Assembly: GCA_038116375.1 (NCBI GenBank)
Contig: JAYNUQ010000005.1
Span: forward strand, 14,036 to 78,035
Reading direction: 5' to 3'
Source of the DNA: Candidatus Poseidoniales archaeon
Lineage (GTDB): Archaea; Thermoplasmatota; Poseidoniia; Poseidoniales; Poseidoniaceae
Length of the DNA stretch: 64,000 nt
The notes under the pieces are model-generated. The model had not been told where the DNA came from and did not search any database. It saw nothing but the letters and a program-made list of their open reading frames with translations. Of this stretch, positions 52,368 to 62,016 are shown piece by piece (position 1 is the first letter of the stretch; each line of letters starts with the position of its first letter). The translations under genes were made by a program, and so were the position numbers.

Positions 52368-53825
52368 ATGGTGGGGTCGTGGGGCTCGGTTCAGGCAGAC
52401 TGGACCATCGTGTTCGCACTCCTCATCGGCTGGTACGTCCTGATTCGAACATGGGAACGAAACGGGACCCTTGACCGCTGGAATGCAACCCGCGCACTCG
52501 GCATCGTTTTGATGGTGCGAACACAGCGAGGTCAGCGATTCTTGGATTGGATGGCTCGTCCCCGGCGTTTCTGGCGAGCGTACGGTGAAGTCTCCCTTTG
52601 GGTTTGTTCTGTTTCGATGCTCGTGGTGGCGCTGGTTGTCATTCTCGCTTTCGTCGCTTCCTTGCTCTCGCCGCCAACCGCATCGCCTCCCTCGGCCAGT
52701 GAAATGGTCGCCGTTCCCGGCCTCAATCCCGTTATTCCCCTCGGTTGGGGGGCGCTTGCCTTTGTCGTATCGCTCGTCATCCACGAGTTCGGTCACGGCT
52801 TGCTGGCACGAGGGCACGGCATGCGCATTCGCTCGTTTGGTTTGCTCCAACTCGGCCCGTTGCCCCTCGGTGCCTTTGCCGAACCCCAGTCGGACGAATT
52901 GATGCGAGCGCCTCGACGGGAACGCTTGCGCATGTTTGCAGCAGGGCCCGCCACCAACCTGTTCGCGGCGTTCATCATGCTCCTCCTTCTCGGTGGCCTT
53001 GCCACGCAAATGGTCGCTGAGGAGGAATACATTCACGTCCAAGGCATCGTCGTGGACGGCGGTGCTGACCAAGCGGGCATGCAACCTTGGGATACCTTGG
53101 TGTCCATCGACGGTCAGCCGGTTCATACCACGGAGGATTTCCGAGACATTCTCGTTGGCTACAAGAGCAACGACACCGTTGACATGGTGGTCATTCATCA
53201 GGACGGCACCCGAGAAACCTTGCAGGCCACCTTCAGCGACAAATACCAGTATTACCTTGACCTGGGTTGGAGTGAAGACCTGCTGGCCAACCTCGAAGTC
53301 GAACCCGGGGATGCGTTTCTTGGCGTGGAAGGGCTTTCCGAAGGAACGGCTGGCATTGACCGCTTGGCCGGTCCCTTCTCACCTCGTTTCGACGGCAACC
53401 TCGCGCAGCGCGCCCTGTCCATTCCCTTTCACATCCTGACCATTCTGTTGATACCGTTTGAGCTGGGCGGCGTGGCGATTCATCCGTTTGAAGAATCCTT
53501 GATGGTGGCAGGGGACGGATTGTTCGGTGGTGTTGTGGGCACTGATGTCCTTATTTTCCTCTGCCACCTCATGTTCTGGTTGATGTGGGTCAACATTCTG
53601 CTCGGTTTTACCAACCTTATTCCAATGGTGCCCTTTGACGGCGGGCACATGCTCAGGGACATGCTCCACGCATTCTTGAGCGGGGTGAAACGGGTGGGTC
53701 GAAAACTCAAGTTGTGGGATTTACATCCGATGTGGGTGGACCACCTCTCATCACGAGCCTCGAGTTACTCGTCCTTTGTGCTGCTTGGAATGTTGCTCTT
53801 TACGATGTTCATTCCTTACCTTTGA
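52368..53825 (+). CDS. Site-2 protease (M50) with PDZ domain
   Basis: IHEFGH, GAFAEP, AAGPATNL, PDZ A.QAGMQP.D.LVSIDG, NLIPMVPFDGG. Confidence 0.95.
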   Translation: MVGSWGSVQADWTIVFALLIGWYVLIRTWERNGTLDRWNATRALGIVLMVRTQRGQRFLDWMARPRRFWRAYGEVSLWVCSVSMLVVALVVILAFVASLLSPPTASPPSASEMVAVPGLNPVIPLGWGALAFVVSLVIHEFGHGLLARGHGMRIRSFGLLQLGPLPLGAFAEPQSDELMRAPRRERLRMFAAGPATNLFAAFIMLLLLGGLATQMVAEEEYIHVQGIVVDGGADQAGMQPWDTLVSIDGQPVHTTEDFRDILVGYKSNDTVDMVVIHQDGTRETLQATFSDKYQYYLDLGWSEDLLANLEVEPGDAFLGVEGLSEGTAGIDRLAGPFSPRFDGNLAQRALSIPFHILTILLIPFELGGVAIHPFEESLMVAGDGLFGGVVGTDVLIFLCHLMFWLMWVNILLGFTNLIPMVPFDGGHMLRDMLHAFLSGVKRVGRKLKLWDLHPMWVDHLSSRASSYSSFVLLGMLLFTMFIPYL

Positions 53826-54480
53826 TGAAGGGAAGTACGGCCGAGCGACGACGCTCCAGTTCGGCGAGAATATCTCTCGCGCTTCGTTCTGGTTCTTCGG
53901 CCATGGTGGGCGCGGTGTTCGTCGATGCACGCTTTTGCAACGATGTGAGGGGGGCGTCTTCACCACCAAGCGGTGAACACATCATGCCGATAAACCGGTT
54001 GAGCGGCATGCCTTGCTCCCAATCGATAAAGGGGGAGCCGTTGCGGTTCAAAGGTAATGCCGGAATCATTTTCGCAAGGCGGGCGAGGGTTCCCTTGAGC
54101 CCCTGCGTCTCGACTCGGAACAGACGCCATGAGTCTCCGCGCACACCCTTTCTCCGATGGGCGTACAGCGGCATCAAACCTGAGCGTTCACCTTCTCGAA
54201 TCATGGCATTGAGTTGATCTTTGGTTCTCCCCGAGAAGTACAATTTTGTGGCCCGTGTGGATTTGACTTCAATAGGGAAGCAACAATCCCCCCGTAGCGC
54301 CACCAAATCACCGCTTCCTTCCATCCCCGAGCCCGCAGCCCGGACGACGAGGAACGGGCGCTCTGCAACCCGTCGCATCTGATGTTTTTCTTCGGGCGTG
54401 CAGCTGCGGGTCACCGCTGTGATGCCCTTTTCGGTGCCGGAGAGAACCTCTCGAAGTTCCCGCTCATATGCACCTGTCAT
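53809..54480 (-). CDS. hjc: Archaeal Holliday junction resolvase Hjc-like
   Basis: YEREL, VVRAAGSG, GDLVAL, IEVKST. Confidence 0.85.
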   Translation of the reverse strand: MTGAYERELREVLSGTEKGITAVTRSCTPEEKHQMRRVAERPFLVVRAAGSGMEGSGDLVALRGDCCFPIEVKSTRATKLYFSGRTKDQLNAMIREGERSGLMPLYAHRRKGVRGDSWRLFRVETQGLKGTLARLAKMIPALPLNRNGSPFIDWEQGMPLNRFIGMMCSPLGGEDAPLTSLQKRASTNTAPTMAEEPERSARDILAELERRRSAVLPFIKGKE

Positions 54481-54605
54481 GGACGGACATCGTTGTCCAT
54501 CGTTCTTGATAACTTCGGCTGTGGTCGTGTGTTCAAACCGAGTTTTGTCACAGCGTAGTAACGCCGACCGATAGGTTAGAACAGGACCCTAACGCAGGTC
54601 GTGCC

Positions 54606-55352
54606 GTGAAGCCACTCTATGTCAGGACCGACGATTTTCGCTTGGCTCATCGACTGTTGAGTGAATTCCAACGCCGTGGACTGCCGGCACTGCAAGTGGG
54701 CATCAACGACCCCATTGAAGGCGAGGCCTACTGGTTTGGGACGGCCGAAGAGGTCATGGAGCACGGAGGGCGAGGCGTGGCAGTGAACGCTGAAGAGGTG
54801 GCTGAAACGGTCTCAACGTGGCTTCTTTCTCGACAACTGACCGGCCCTCCAAATCAACTCATCGTGGGTATCGACCCTGGCCCACGTCCTGGATGTGCGT
54901 TCTTTGCTGACGGGATGTTGCTTGGAAAACGCGAGTTGGAGTCCATTGAAGAGGCGCTCGACCACATCGTCAATTTGGTTCAGCACACCCGACCTTCCAG
55001 CGTGTTGGTTCGCATCGGGCACGGCTCACCCGTTCATCGCGATCGCTTGCTCAACCACGTGATTTCGCTCGGTTATCATGTTGAAATTGTCAACGAACAC
55101 CGAACCAGTACGGGCCAGCCACGACACGCACACGGTTCCGCGGCCCTCAAAATCGCCATGTTGCAGGGTAAAGCGACGCATGAGCAACGCACGGTGAGCG
55201 CTACACCCGGCGAATTACGAAACCTCCAACGCATCAGCCGCCGTCGTTCCAAAGGTCAACTGACCATCTCGTTGTCAACGGCGCTCCTCGTCAGTCAGGG
55301 GAAACTCTCGATGGAAGAAGCGCTCAAACAAGCGGGTTACGATGCTTCTTGA
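54606..55352 (+). CDS. RNase H-fold (YqgF/RuvC-like) hypothetical protein
   Basis: IVGIDPGPRPGCA, VRIGHG, EIVNEHRTS. Confidence 0.7.
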   Translation: MKPLYVRTDDFRLAHRLLSEFQRRGLPALQVGINDPIEGEAYWFGTAEEVMEHGGRGVAVNAEEVAETVSTWLLSRQLTGPPNQLIVGIDPGPRPGCAFFADGMLLGKRELESIEEALDHIVNLVQHTRPSSVLVRIGHGSPVHRDRLLNHVISLGYHVEIVNEHRTSTGQPRHAHGSAALKIAMLQGKATHEQRTVSATPGELRNLQRISRRRSKGQLTISLSTALLVSQGKLSMEEALKQAGYDAS

Positions 55353-56320
55353 TCCTGTTCCTGCTTGGCCAACTGGCTGAGTTCTGGGGACCTGTTCAGC
55401 CACCAGCGAAATCCACTTTCGGAGGCTTGCGGTGCGAGCAGGACGCCCCCGAGCACGGCGAAGAGCGCGATGAATGAGGACGACGGCACGTCCCTCGTAC
55501 CGTAGGAATCCGGTCCGCCAACCATCAGTTTGACCGTTCCGAGCCAAGGGATTTCTCCTCCAGCAACTCCAATCACCCATTCGTTACGAACGGGGCCAAC
55601 CACGCCCGAGGGGCTGTGAACGCCTGCGGAACCGTTGGTTGCGCCCGCGCCTTGGTCAACCGAACACTTGTTGTTGTCTCCCAAGGTCAGCATCCCCTCG
55701 TGTCGCGGTTCCCACTGCCATACAACGAGGTAGGGTTCGACATTTCCGTGAGCGGGACGTTCACAATCGTAGTAGCCCGCTTGGGTTCCGTCAAAATGCA
55801 CGGTGATGTTGCTCACGTTGCTAACCGAGGTCCCGGGGACCGACCAGGTGAGGATGCAAGAGCCTGGCAGACCGTCCTCGGCGATCCGTTCGGCGTCGTA
55901 CGTCGCTTCTTCCGGACACGGTGAGGTCGCTTCTCGATCGGTCGCAACGGTTTCTTCGGCGACGACGCGCATGATGGCTCGGTGAATGATCGGCGTGCCC
56001 GCCTCACCGTTCTTGGCGTAGATGATGACATCACCGTGGAGACCGTGTTGTTCGTAGCCGTAGGCGCTGTTGGAAGGGTCGGTGGCCTCGGCGTACGTGA
56101 CGATGGTATCTCCTGGTTGGTCGTGGACGAGGATAAGGTCGCCAGCATCGATGCTTCCGATTTCACCGCCTTCTTCGTGAATCATGGATTTTGACTCCAC
56201 CACGACCAGCGGCGGCATGGAGCCCGTGTGGATGAACATGGCGCCGACCAAACATGCGATCATGCCGACGGCAAGCGCCAATTCAAGCAGCAAAGAACGC
56301 AACGGGTCGTGGTCCGACAT
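55337..56320 (-). CDS. Signal peptidase I (S26, Sec11 type)
   Basis: PPLVVVESKSM (Ser), GDLILV, PIIHRA (His), TLGDNN...D, IPWLG. Confidence 0.9.
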   Translation of the reverse strand: MSDHDPLRSLLLELALAVGMIACLVGAMFIHTGSMPPLVVVESKSMIHEEGGEIGSIDAGDLILVHDQPGDTIVTYAEATDPSNSAYGYEQHGLHGDVIIYAKNGEAGTPIIHRAIMRVVAEETVATDREATSPCPEEATYDAERIAEDGLPGSCILTWSVPGTSVSNVSNITVHFDGTQAGYYDCERPAHGNVEPYLVVWQWEPRHEGMLTLGDNNKCSVDQGAGATNGSAGVHSPSGVVGPVRNEWVIGVAGGEIPWLGTVKLMVGGPDSYGTRDVPSSSFIALFAVLGGVLLAPQASESGFRWWLNRSPELSQLAKQEQDQEAS

Positions 56321-56335
56321 GGGCTGCCCTCAACT

Positions 56336-56728
56336 TCACCGCTTCACGCCACGGCTATCAAGGAATGCTTTCCATTGCTCGAGATGTCCCGCTCCCAACG
56401 CTTCTGCGGCTTCATCGCCGTCGGCTTTTTGTCGGCGAAGTTCGGCCGTGGATTGGATTTCTTTGAGTTCTTCAATCACGGCCACGTAGCCCTTGAACCG
56501 AAGGTATTCAGGAAAGGCGATGAGGAACACGAGGAGCGAAAGAACGGCTCCCACGATGGCACCGCCCGTAAAGTCGTTCCACGCTGCGTGGTCCTGAAGG
56601 AAGAGGAGTTGGTACATGCAGACCACCAAGAGAACGCCGCTTGCACCCGCTGCAACCGCACTGATGCCGAACTGTCTTCCGTGTTGCTTGGCCCAAAGCC
56701 GCCCGAAGAATGTCCCCTCTTCGCTCAT
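56336..56728 (-). CDS. Small membrane protein (DUF3198-like), likely co-transcribed with the signal peptidase
   Basis: Two TM helices plus a helical tail; the family call is tentative. Confidence 0.6.
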   Translation of the reverse strand: MSEEGTFFGRLWAKQHGRQFGISAVAAGASGVLLVVCMYQLLFLQDHAAWNDFTGGAIVGAVLSLLVFLIAFPEYLRFKGYVAVIEELKEIQSTAELRRQKADGDEAAEALGAGHLEQWKAFLDSRGVKR

Positions 56729-56861
56729 GTCTTCACCGATGTTCACCAAGCCGTCTGAGGCCTTCAAACCTCCCCCAAGGTGGTTCAAGACCGCTGGAAG
56801 AGAAGTTGCCCTGTGAGGGCATCATTCAAATGCGATGTGAACCATCCTGTGATTACCTCGG

Positions 56862-59800
56862 GTGACCACCATGCGTCAAGCCATCTTCCTTACGCTTCTT
56901 TTCGTGCTCTCTGTCATGTCTCCGTTGGCCGCCGCTGCGACCACAGAAACGCAATTCAAAGACGGGACAACGTCCTACGAACACACCTTTTCTCAGAAAG
57001 GAATCGGGCCTGCGGGAGTCATCACCTTGCCCATCGGAGCGAACGTCCAATCGGCCAGTTTCAATCTGCTGGGTGAAGCCAGTACCACGACATACAACAA
57101 TTTCACCACCGATGAGCATTACGGCGGAGCAGGCGATACCGATTACACCAGCAACAACGCAGGCAAACCCTCGCCGTTCACAACGGCTCGCAGAGACAAT
57201 CTCGAAGTGGACAGCCAAACGGTTTCCTTGAAAGGCAACCCCACGGAATACACGCCACGATTTTCGTCCACCGGCTCGGTAGCGAGCCTCGGCAGCGCCC
57301 ACCTCAACACCACGGGTGAGTTCGTTGCGTTGAGCGACCAGGGCTACACCAGCCCCACCAAGAAATACGCTGATTTGACCGCTGCAAGCAACACACCGTG
57401 GGGCTACACCGGCGTGGCGGTACCCATCAACAGTTCTGAAGTTCACATCATTCGCTACTCCAGCCAATACATCTCCAACACGCCAACCAGCATCATGCGT
57501 ATCGACGCCAGCACCGGGCAGTACCTCGGTACGGCATCCTACAGCACGGGCACGTGCGGCTCTTCCGCCACCCGAAGCATTCACGATGCCGACGTGTACA
57601 ACGGTGATGTCTACACGGCTCACTATTCATACTACAAAGTCCACAAGTGGGACGTTGGCTGGAACACGGCAGGCACTCAAGTGCAATGGCAGTGCCAATC
57701 CACATACAATTACAACTATCCAAACTACATCACGGGCGTTGATTTTGACGACAACACCGGGAAGATGTACATCGGCGTCTACGACACCTCGGCCCAAAAC
57801 CACTACCTCAAGGAAGTGAACCCTGCTTCACCGACGGTCGTGACCGGGACGTGGTTGATGACGTCCACTTCCTACTACTACGACCACGGGGCAGGTCTTT
57901 CGGTGAGCATGCCCAACGTCATGTACAACATCTACTACATGAACACCGACTACAAGAGCACCCACTATCACTACACCATGGCCAGCGGCCTGCTGGCAAG
58001 TCAAGGCGAGCGGGTCATGCCGGGCGGTGGGCACTACGGCATGGTTGACACCGACGACCACAAGGTCATGTTCTCCTGCCACTGGTCCAGTACAAGCTAT
58101 TGTTCTCAGGGGGTTCGCAAGGTCCACACGTACGGCGACGGAGCCCACTACGACGTGCGCTCAACCACGCTCACCTCCCAACTCATCGTCGGGCAAACGT
58201 CCTCCATTTCCCGAGCCATCACCAGCATCAACGTCGAGGGCATCTTTGGCTCCATTCCTACGGGCACCAGCATCAACGTGGACGTGTCCAACGACGGTGG
58301 CACAACGTGGAAATCTGGAACGGTCGGTCAAAAAGTCAACTTTGCAAACTCGGGTACGTCGATCAAATGGCGCGCAACCCTCAACGGGAGCGCTTCCAAA
58401 ACTCCCGTGCTTGGTGACGTGGTGTTGACCTACACCACAAACTACCAAACAAGCGGCTACTACTACGCCTACCAGTACATCGGTTCTGGCTCAAGCGGCG
58501 TCATTGCCGCCACGGTTGATTGGAACGAAACGCGACCGGCCGGTACGTCCATTTCCGTCAACGTGGGCTACAAGGCCAGTTCCTCGAGTTGCAACAACGG
58601 AAACTCCGGCGTCCAAACATACACCGCTCCAAACACGACCAAATCGATGACCGGTACGTCCTACTACTACTGCGTTCGCATCACCCTCTCGACGTCGTCC
58701 ACCAGCGTATCGCCCACCATTACCGACCTCTCCATCGCGTTGCATTCCAACGCTCCCAACCAACCGGGTTTGAACATTGACGGCGCCTCCGCTTGGAAGC
58801 GTTCATCCTCAGCCGGTGCTCTGATTGGACCGGTGACCGTCACCAGTCAGCAGTCCGGAAACACCCTCCTCGACAAACTCAACGACGCCATTCCCGACAC
58901 GGGTTCTGGTACGGTTGACATTCCAATTGAATTGACGGCGGAGTCGGCTGGAAAACTCTCGATCACCTCCTTTGAAATCACGTACGTGATGCAAACGGTG
59001 AACCTTGATTTGAGCATTCCAGAGGGCGAAATCCTTCACGAGCGCATCACGCCTTACGAAGTGGTTTCTCGCCACGTCATCGGTGAATCAGCCACCTCAA
59101 TGGTCAGCGCTGAATTGACCCTGATGACCGCTGGCAGCGCAGCAAACTGGCCGATTCTATCGTGGCAGTACGGTGATGTGTTCCCTGCCCCCAACGACCC
59201 CGCACAGTACATTGAGGTCGACCCGACCTCGTATTCGGTTGAAAGCAACGGCATCCTCGAAATTCACTGGAAGTTCTTCGTAACCAGCGAGATGCCGGAC
59301 CAAGACAGCGTACGTTTCCGCGTGGGCTGCCTTGACGATAGCGGGACCGCAGGCTTCGCACCCGAACCCTTGGTTTCCGACGATGGCCTCCGCGTGAACC
59401 GGTCGTTTGGTCTTGGCTGGCTCAACGTCCGAGATAACGAAGGTGAATTGACCTCGCAGGACGTCGAAGACGGCTCCTGGGTGGCTGCTGGCGAACAGAT
59501 TCACTTTGTTGGCGCCATGTGGTTCCAAGACACCGATGATGCACCAAAGGACAGCGCTTTCGACGTCCGAATTTCTCGAAACGGCTACGTTGAGGCGACG
59601 GCCAGAGACACGACCAACAACAACGGGTCGTTCTTCATCTCCATTGACCTGCCCGCCATCGATGTTCCGGACGGCTTGACGTACGAGGTGCAAACCTACA
59701 ACGAACGGAATCCCGATCACGTTCAGCAACCCAACACCGAGTGGCGACGAACCTACCTCGTCGACGCAACACATCCCGAACGCAAGCAGGTTGCGCCGGT

Positions 59801-61937
59801 CGAAGACGCCTACGAGGCGGCGACCAACGAGCAGACGGTTCAGGTGTTGGTGGAGGACAAGGTCGGTCATCCCATGGAATTGGACCTCAACTACTGGGTT
59901 GAAGCCGACCACGACGCCAATCGGAACGGAGAGGCAGACCCGGAGGAGTACGTCATCAAGAGCGTGAGCAACACCACCGAAGCCCGCTCGAAATGGTTCA
60001 TCACCACCATCGATACGTCCCGCAATCCCAACATGGGCCGCGTGTCTTACTTTTGGGACGGTGGCGACCAGGCGGGTAACCCGCTTCACTTCACGGTCAT
60101 GAACGACGAGGATGAACTCTTGAAGTTCGAATCTTCGGAAGGCTTCCTCTATGACGACGCCACTTTCCGCACCCGCAAAGATTCCTCAGCGATTTTCACG
60201 GGCTTGGAATGGTTCGGCCACGAGGACAACGAACCTGTCTTTGCCGGTATGGAGCAGACCATTTCCCTCGGCTTCATCGATGCCAACACGGCGATTGACT
60301 TCGAATTCATCTCGCTTGTGTTTGACTTTGAAGGCCCCAACCCTGCACGGGACGCGCAAGCGATTTCCTATTCGGGTACCAACAACACCTTCTGGTCCGA
60401 TTCACCCTACATCCACCTCTTGCCCACGAGCAAGATGACGCAAACCACCAACGAATCCGGACTGCCGTGGATCATGCTTGACTTCCACTTCAAGTTCAGT
60501 TGGGACTGGCCCGATGAGGAGATGGGCGACGTTGCATTGCTCTACAAGGAGCTCGGAAGTTCAGACCCCTCTCGCATCCTGTTGCTTGAGCACACCTTCC
60601 GGGTTGAGAACGACCTGATGCTCTCACCCACGGACTTCGTGATCGAAGACATCAGCGAGCCTCGCACGGGTTCCGTCGCCGACGGCAGCCGTGTTCGAAA
60701 GGACGACCGTTTGGCGTTTACCGGCCGCGTCGTCTACGAAGGCAGCCAAACGCCTGCACCCCGGGACGTTGGTATTCTGGTTGAGGTCTTTGACGGCGAG
60801 AAACTCTGGTCCGACGGTTCCCTAACCGCCGACGGTGGATACGCTGTTGAGGTCCCGTTGTCCTCGGCTTCAACCCTGCAGTCATCACCGTCCCGTACGT
60901 GCTTGATCTCCATCACGAACATTCCAGGGCGCGGAGAGGACATGACCGGCACGTTGGTTTCCACCACGCTTCAAGTGGTCGTCGACGATGCGGCGCCTCG
61001 TGTCACCCGTCGGATTGCTCCGCTCAACGTCATCGACATTTCAGCCAACAACGACCTGACACAAATAGAGGTCGAATTCCAAGGCACGGAAGACGCCGAC
61101 TTGACGGGTTCCAAGCAAATCGTTCACTGGGTCATGCGAGACGCGACTCGGACGATGACCATCGGCGCCGGCTCAACGCTGCTTGGGATGCAACAAGACG
61201 GTCAGAACGTGATGTGGACCGGTGTGGTTGACATCACCGCTGATGGCACCATCACCCCGAAGGCTGGCGATTTCGTCGGTTTCTACGTCACTGGCTACGA
61301 TGCAGCTGGCAATCAGTTCCCGGTCGTTTCAAACTCCGAGGCAAGTCCCATTCCAGAATTGGCTTCTGACGATACCGACTTTGAACGGCAATGGGTTCGC
61401 TTGGGGGCGGTCGGTCCCGAACTCCGCGTCAAGAACATCGCCATGAGCGACGACCACATTGCACCGGGAACCAAGATTGACATCCGTGCAGACATCTTCA
61501 ACGCTGGCGGAAACACATCGGCCCAGTTCAAGGTCGCGTTTTATGCCGGTTCGGAGGAGAAGCCGTTTGAGACGGTTCGTGTCAACGGCATCGACGCAGG
61601 CGAACTCTACTCGGTGAACGTCGTCTGGGAGTCCGAGGACGTTGACCGCATTCGCGTGGTTGTCGATGCCGAGGACGAGGTGCCAGAGGCCAACGATGAC
61701 GACAACTCAGCCGAACACGCCGTCACCATCGCATACGCCCAATACCTCGGTTGGTTTGATTCGGTTCGCGAACAACCCTTGGCGTGGATGTTTGCCATCT
61801 TGAGCATCTTGACCCTTGCCGTTGTCTTTACCGTCGCCACCAAGACCTCCATCGATTACGGTGAAGGCGCCTTTGACGAAGACGATGAGGATTGGGAAGA
61901 CGAAGACGAGGATGAAGACTTTGACGATGACGACTGA
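56862..61937 (+). CDS. Large cell-surface protein: Tyr/Thr-rich propeller-like region, Ig-like domains, C-terminal CARDB, TM helix and Asp/Glu tail
   Basis: Signal peptide; CARDB motif IFNAGG...VVVDAEDEVPEANDDDNSA; TM helix; DEDDEDWEDEDEDEDFDDDD. Confidence 0.85.
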   Translation: MTTMRQAIFLTLLFVLSVMSPLAAAATTETQFKDGTTSYEHTFSQKGIGPAGVITLPIGANVQSASFNLLGEASTTTYNNFTTDEHYGGAGDTDYTSNNAGKPSPFTTARRDNLEVDSQTVSLKGNPTEYTPRFSSTGSVASLGSAHLNTTGEFVALSDQGYTSPTKKYADLTAASNTPWGYTGVAVPINSSEVHIIRYSSQYISNTPTSIMRIDASTGQYLGTASYSTGTCGSSATRSIHDADVYNGDVYTAHYSYYKVHKWDVGWNTAGTQVQWQCQSTYNYNYPNYITGVDFDDNTGKMYIGVYDTSAQNHYLKEVNPASPTVVTGTWLMTSTSYYYDHGAGLSVSMPNVMYNIYYMNTDYKSTHYHYTMASGLLASQGERVMPGGGHYGMVDTDDHKVMFSCHWSSTSYCSQGVRKVHTYGDGAHYDVRSTTLTSQLIVGQTSSISRAITSINVEGIFGSIPTGTSINVDVSNDGGTTWKSGTVGQKVNFANSGTSIKWRATLNGSASKTPVLGDVVLTYTTNYQTSGYYYAYQYIGSGSSGVIAATVDWNETRPAGTSISVNVGYKASSSSCNNGNSGVQTYTAPNTTKSMTGTSYYYCVRITLSTSSTSVSPTITDLSIALHSNAPNQPGLNIDGASAWKRSSSAGALIGPVTVTSQQSGNTLLDKLNDAIPDTGSGTVDIPIELTAESAGKLSITSFEITYVMQTVNLDLSIPEGEILHERITPYEVVSRHVIGESATSMVSAELTLMTAGSAANWPILSWQYGDVFPAPNDPAQYIEVDPTSYSVESNGILEIHWKFFVTSEMPDQDSVRFRVGCLDDSGTAGFAPEPLVSDDGLRVNRSFGLGWLNVRDNEGELTSQDVEDGSWVAAGEQIHFVGAMWFQDTDDAPKDSAFDVRISRNGYVEATARDTTNNNGSFFISIDLPAIDVPDGLTYEVQTYNERNPDHVQQPNTEWRRTYLVDATHPERKQVAPVEDAYEAATNEQTVQVLVEDKVGHPMELDLNYWVEADHDANRNGEADPEEYVIKSVSNTTEARSKWFITTIDTSRNPNMGRVSYFWDGGDQAGNPLHFTVMNDEDELLKFESSEGFLYDDATFRTRKDSSAIFTGLEWFGHEDNEPVFAGMEQTISLGFIDANTAIDFEFISLVFDFEGPNPARDAQAISYSGTNNTFWSDSPYIHLLPTSKMTQTTNESGLPWIMLDFHFKFSWDWPDEEMGDVALLYKELGSSDPSRILLLEHTFRVENDLMLSPTDFVIEDISEPRTGSVADGSRVRKDDRLAFTGRVVYEGSQTPAPRDVGILVEVFDGEKLWSDGSLTADGGYAVEVPLSSASTLQSSPSRTCLISITNIPGRGEDMTGTLVSTTLQVVVDDAAPRVTRRIAPLNVIDISANNDLTQIEVEFQGTEDADLTGSKQIVHWVMRDATRTMTIGAGSTLLGMQQDGQNVMWTGVVDITADGTITPKAGDFVGFYVTGYDAAGNQFPVVSNSEASPIPELASDDTDFERQWVRLGAVGPELRVKNIAMSDDHIAPGTKIDIRADIFNAGGNTSAQFKVAFYAGSEEKPFETVRVNGIDAGELYSVNVVWESEDVDRIRVVVDAEDEVPEANDDDNSAEHAVTIAYAQYLGWFDSVREQPLAWMFAILSILTLAVVFTVATKTSIDYGEGAFDEDDEDWEDEDEDEDFDDDD

Positions 61938-62016
61938 GGCTTGACTTCAGCCGCTGTTGAAAGCCAAATCCTCAAATGCACTGGGCAGAGGGATACCCCA
62001 CGAGGGTGGGGAGAGT

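Noticed and set aside
51125..55352. Anti-phage defence island (macro domain plus nucleases)
   Set aside because: The genes are on mixed strands among core membrane-protease genes, with no ADP-ribosyltransferase/DarT partner, methylase or mobility signature.
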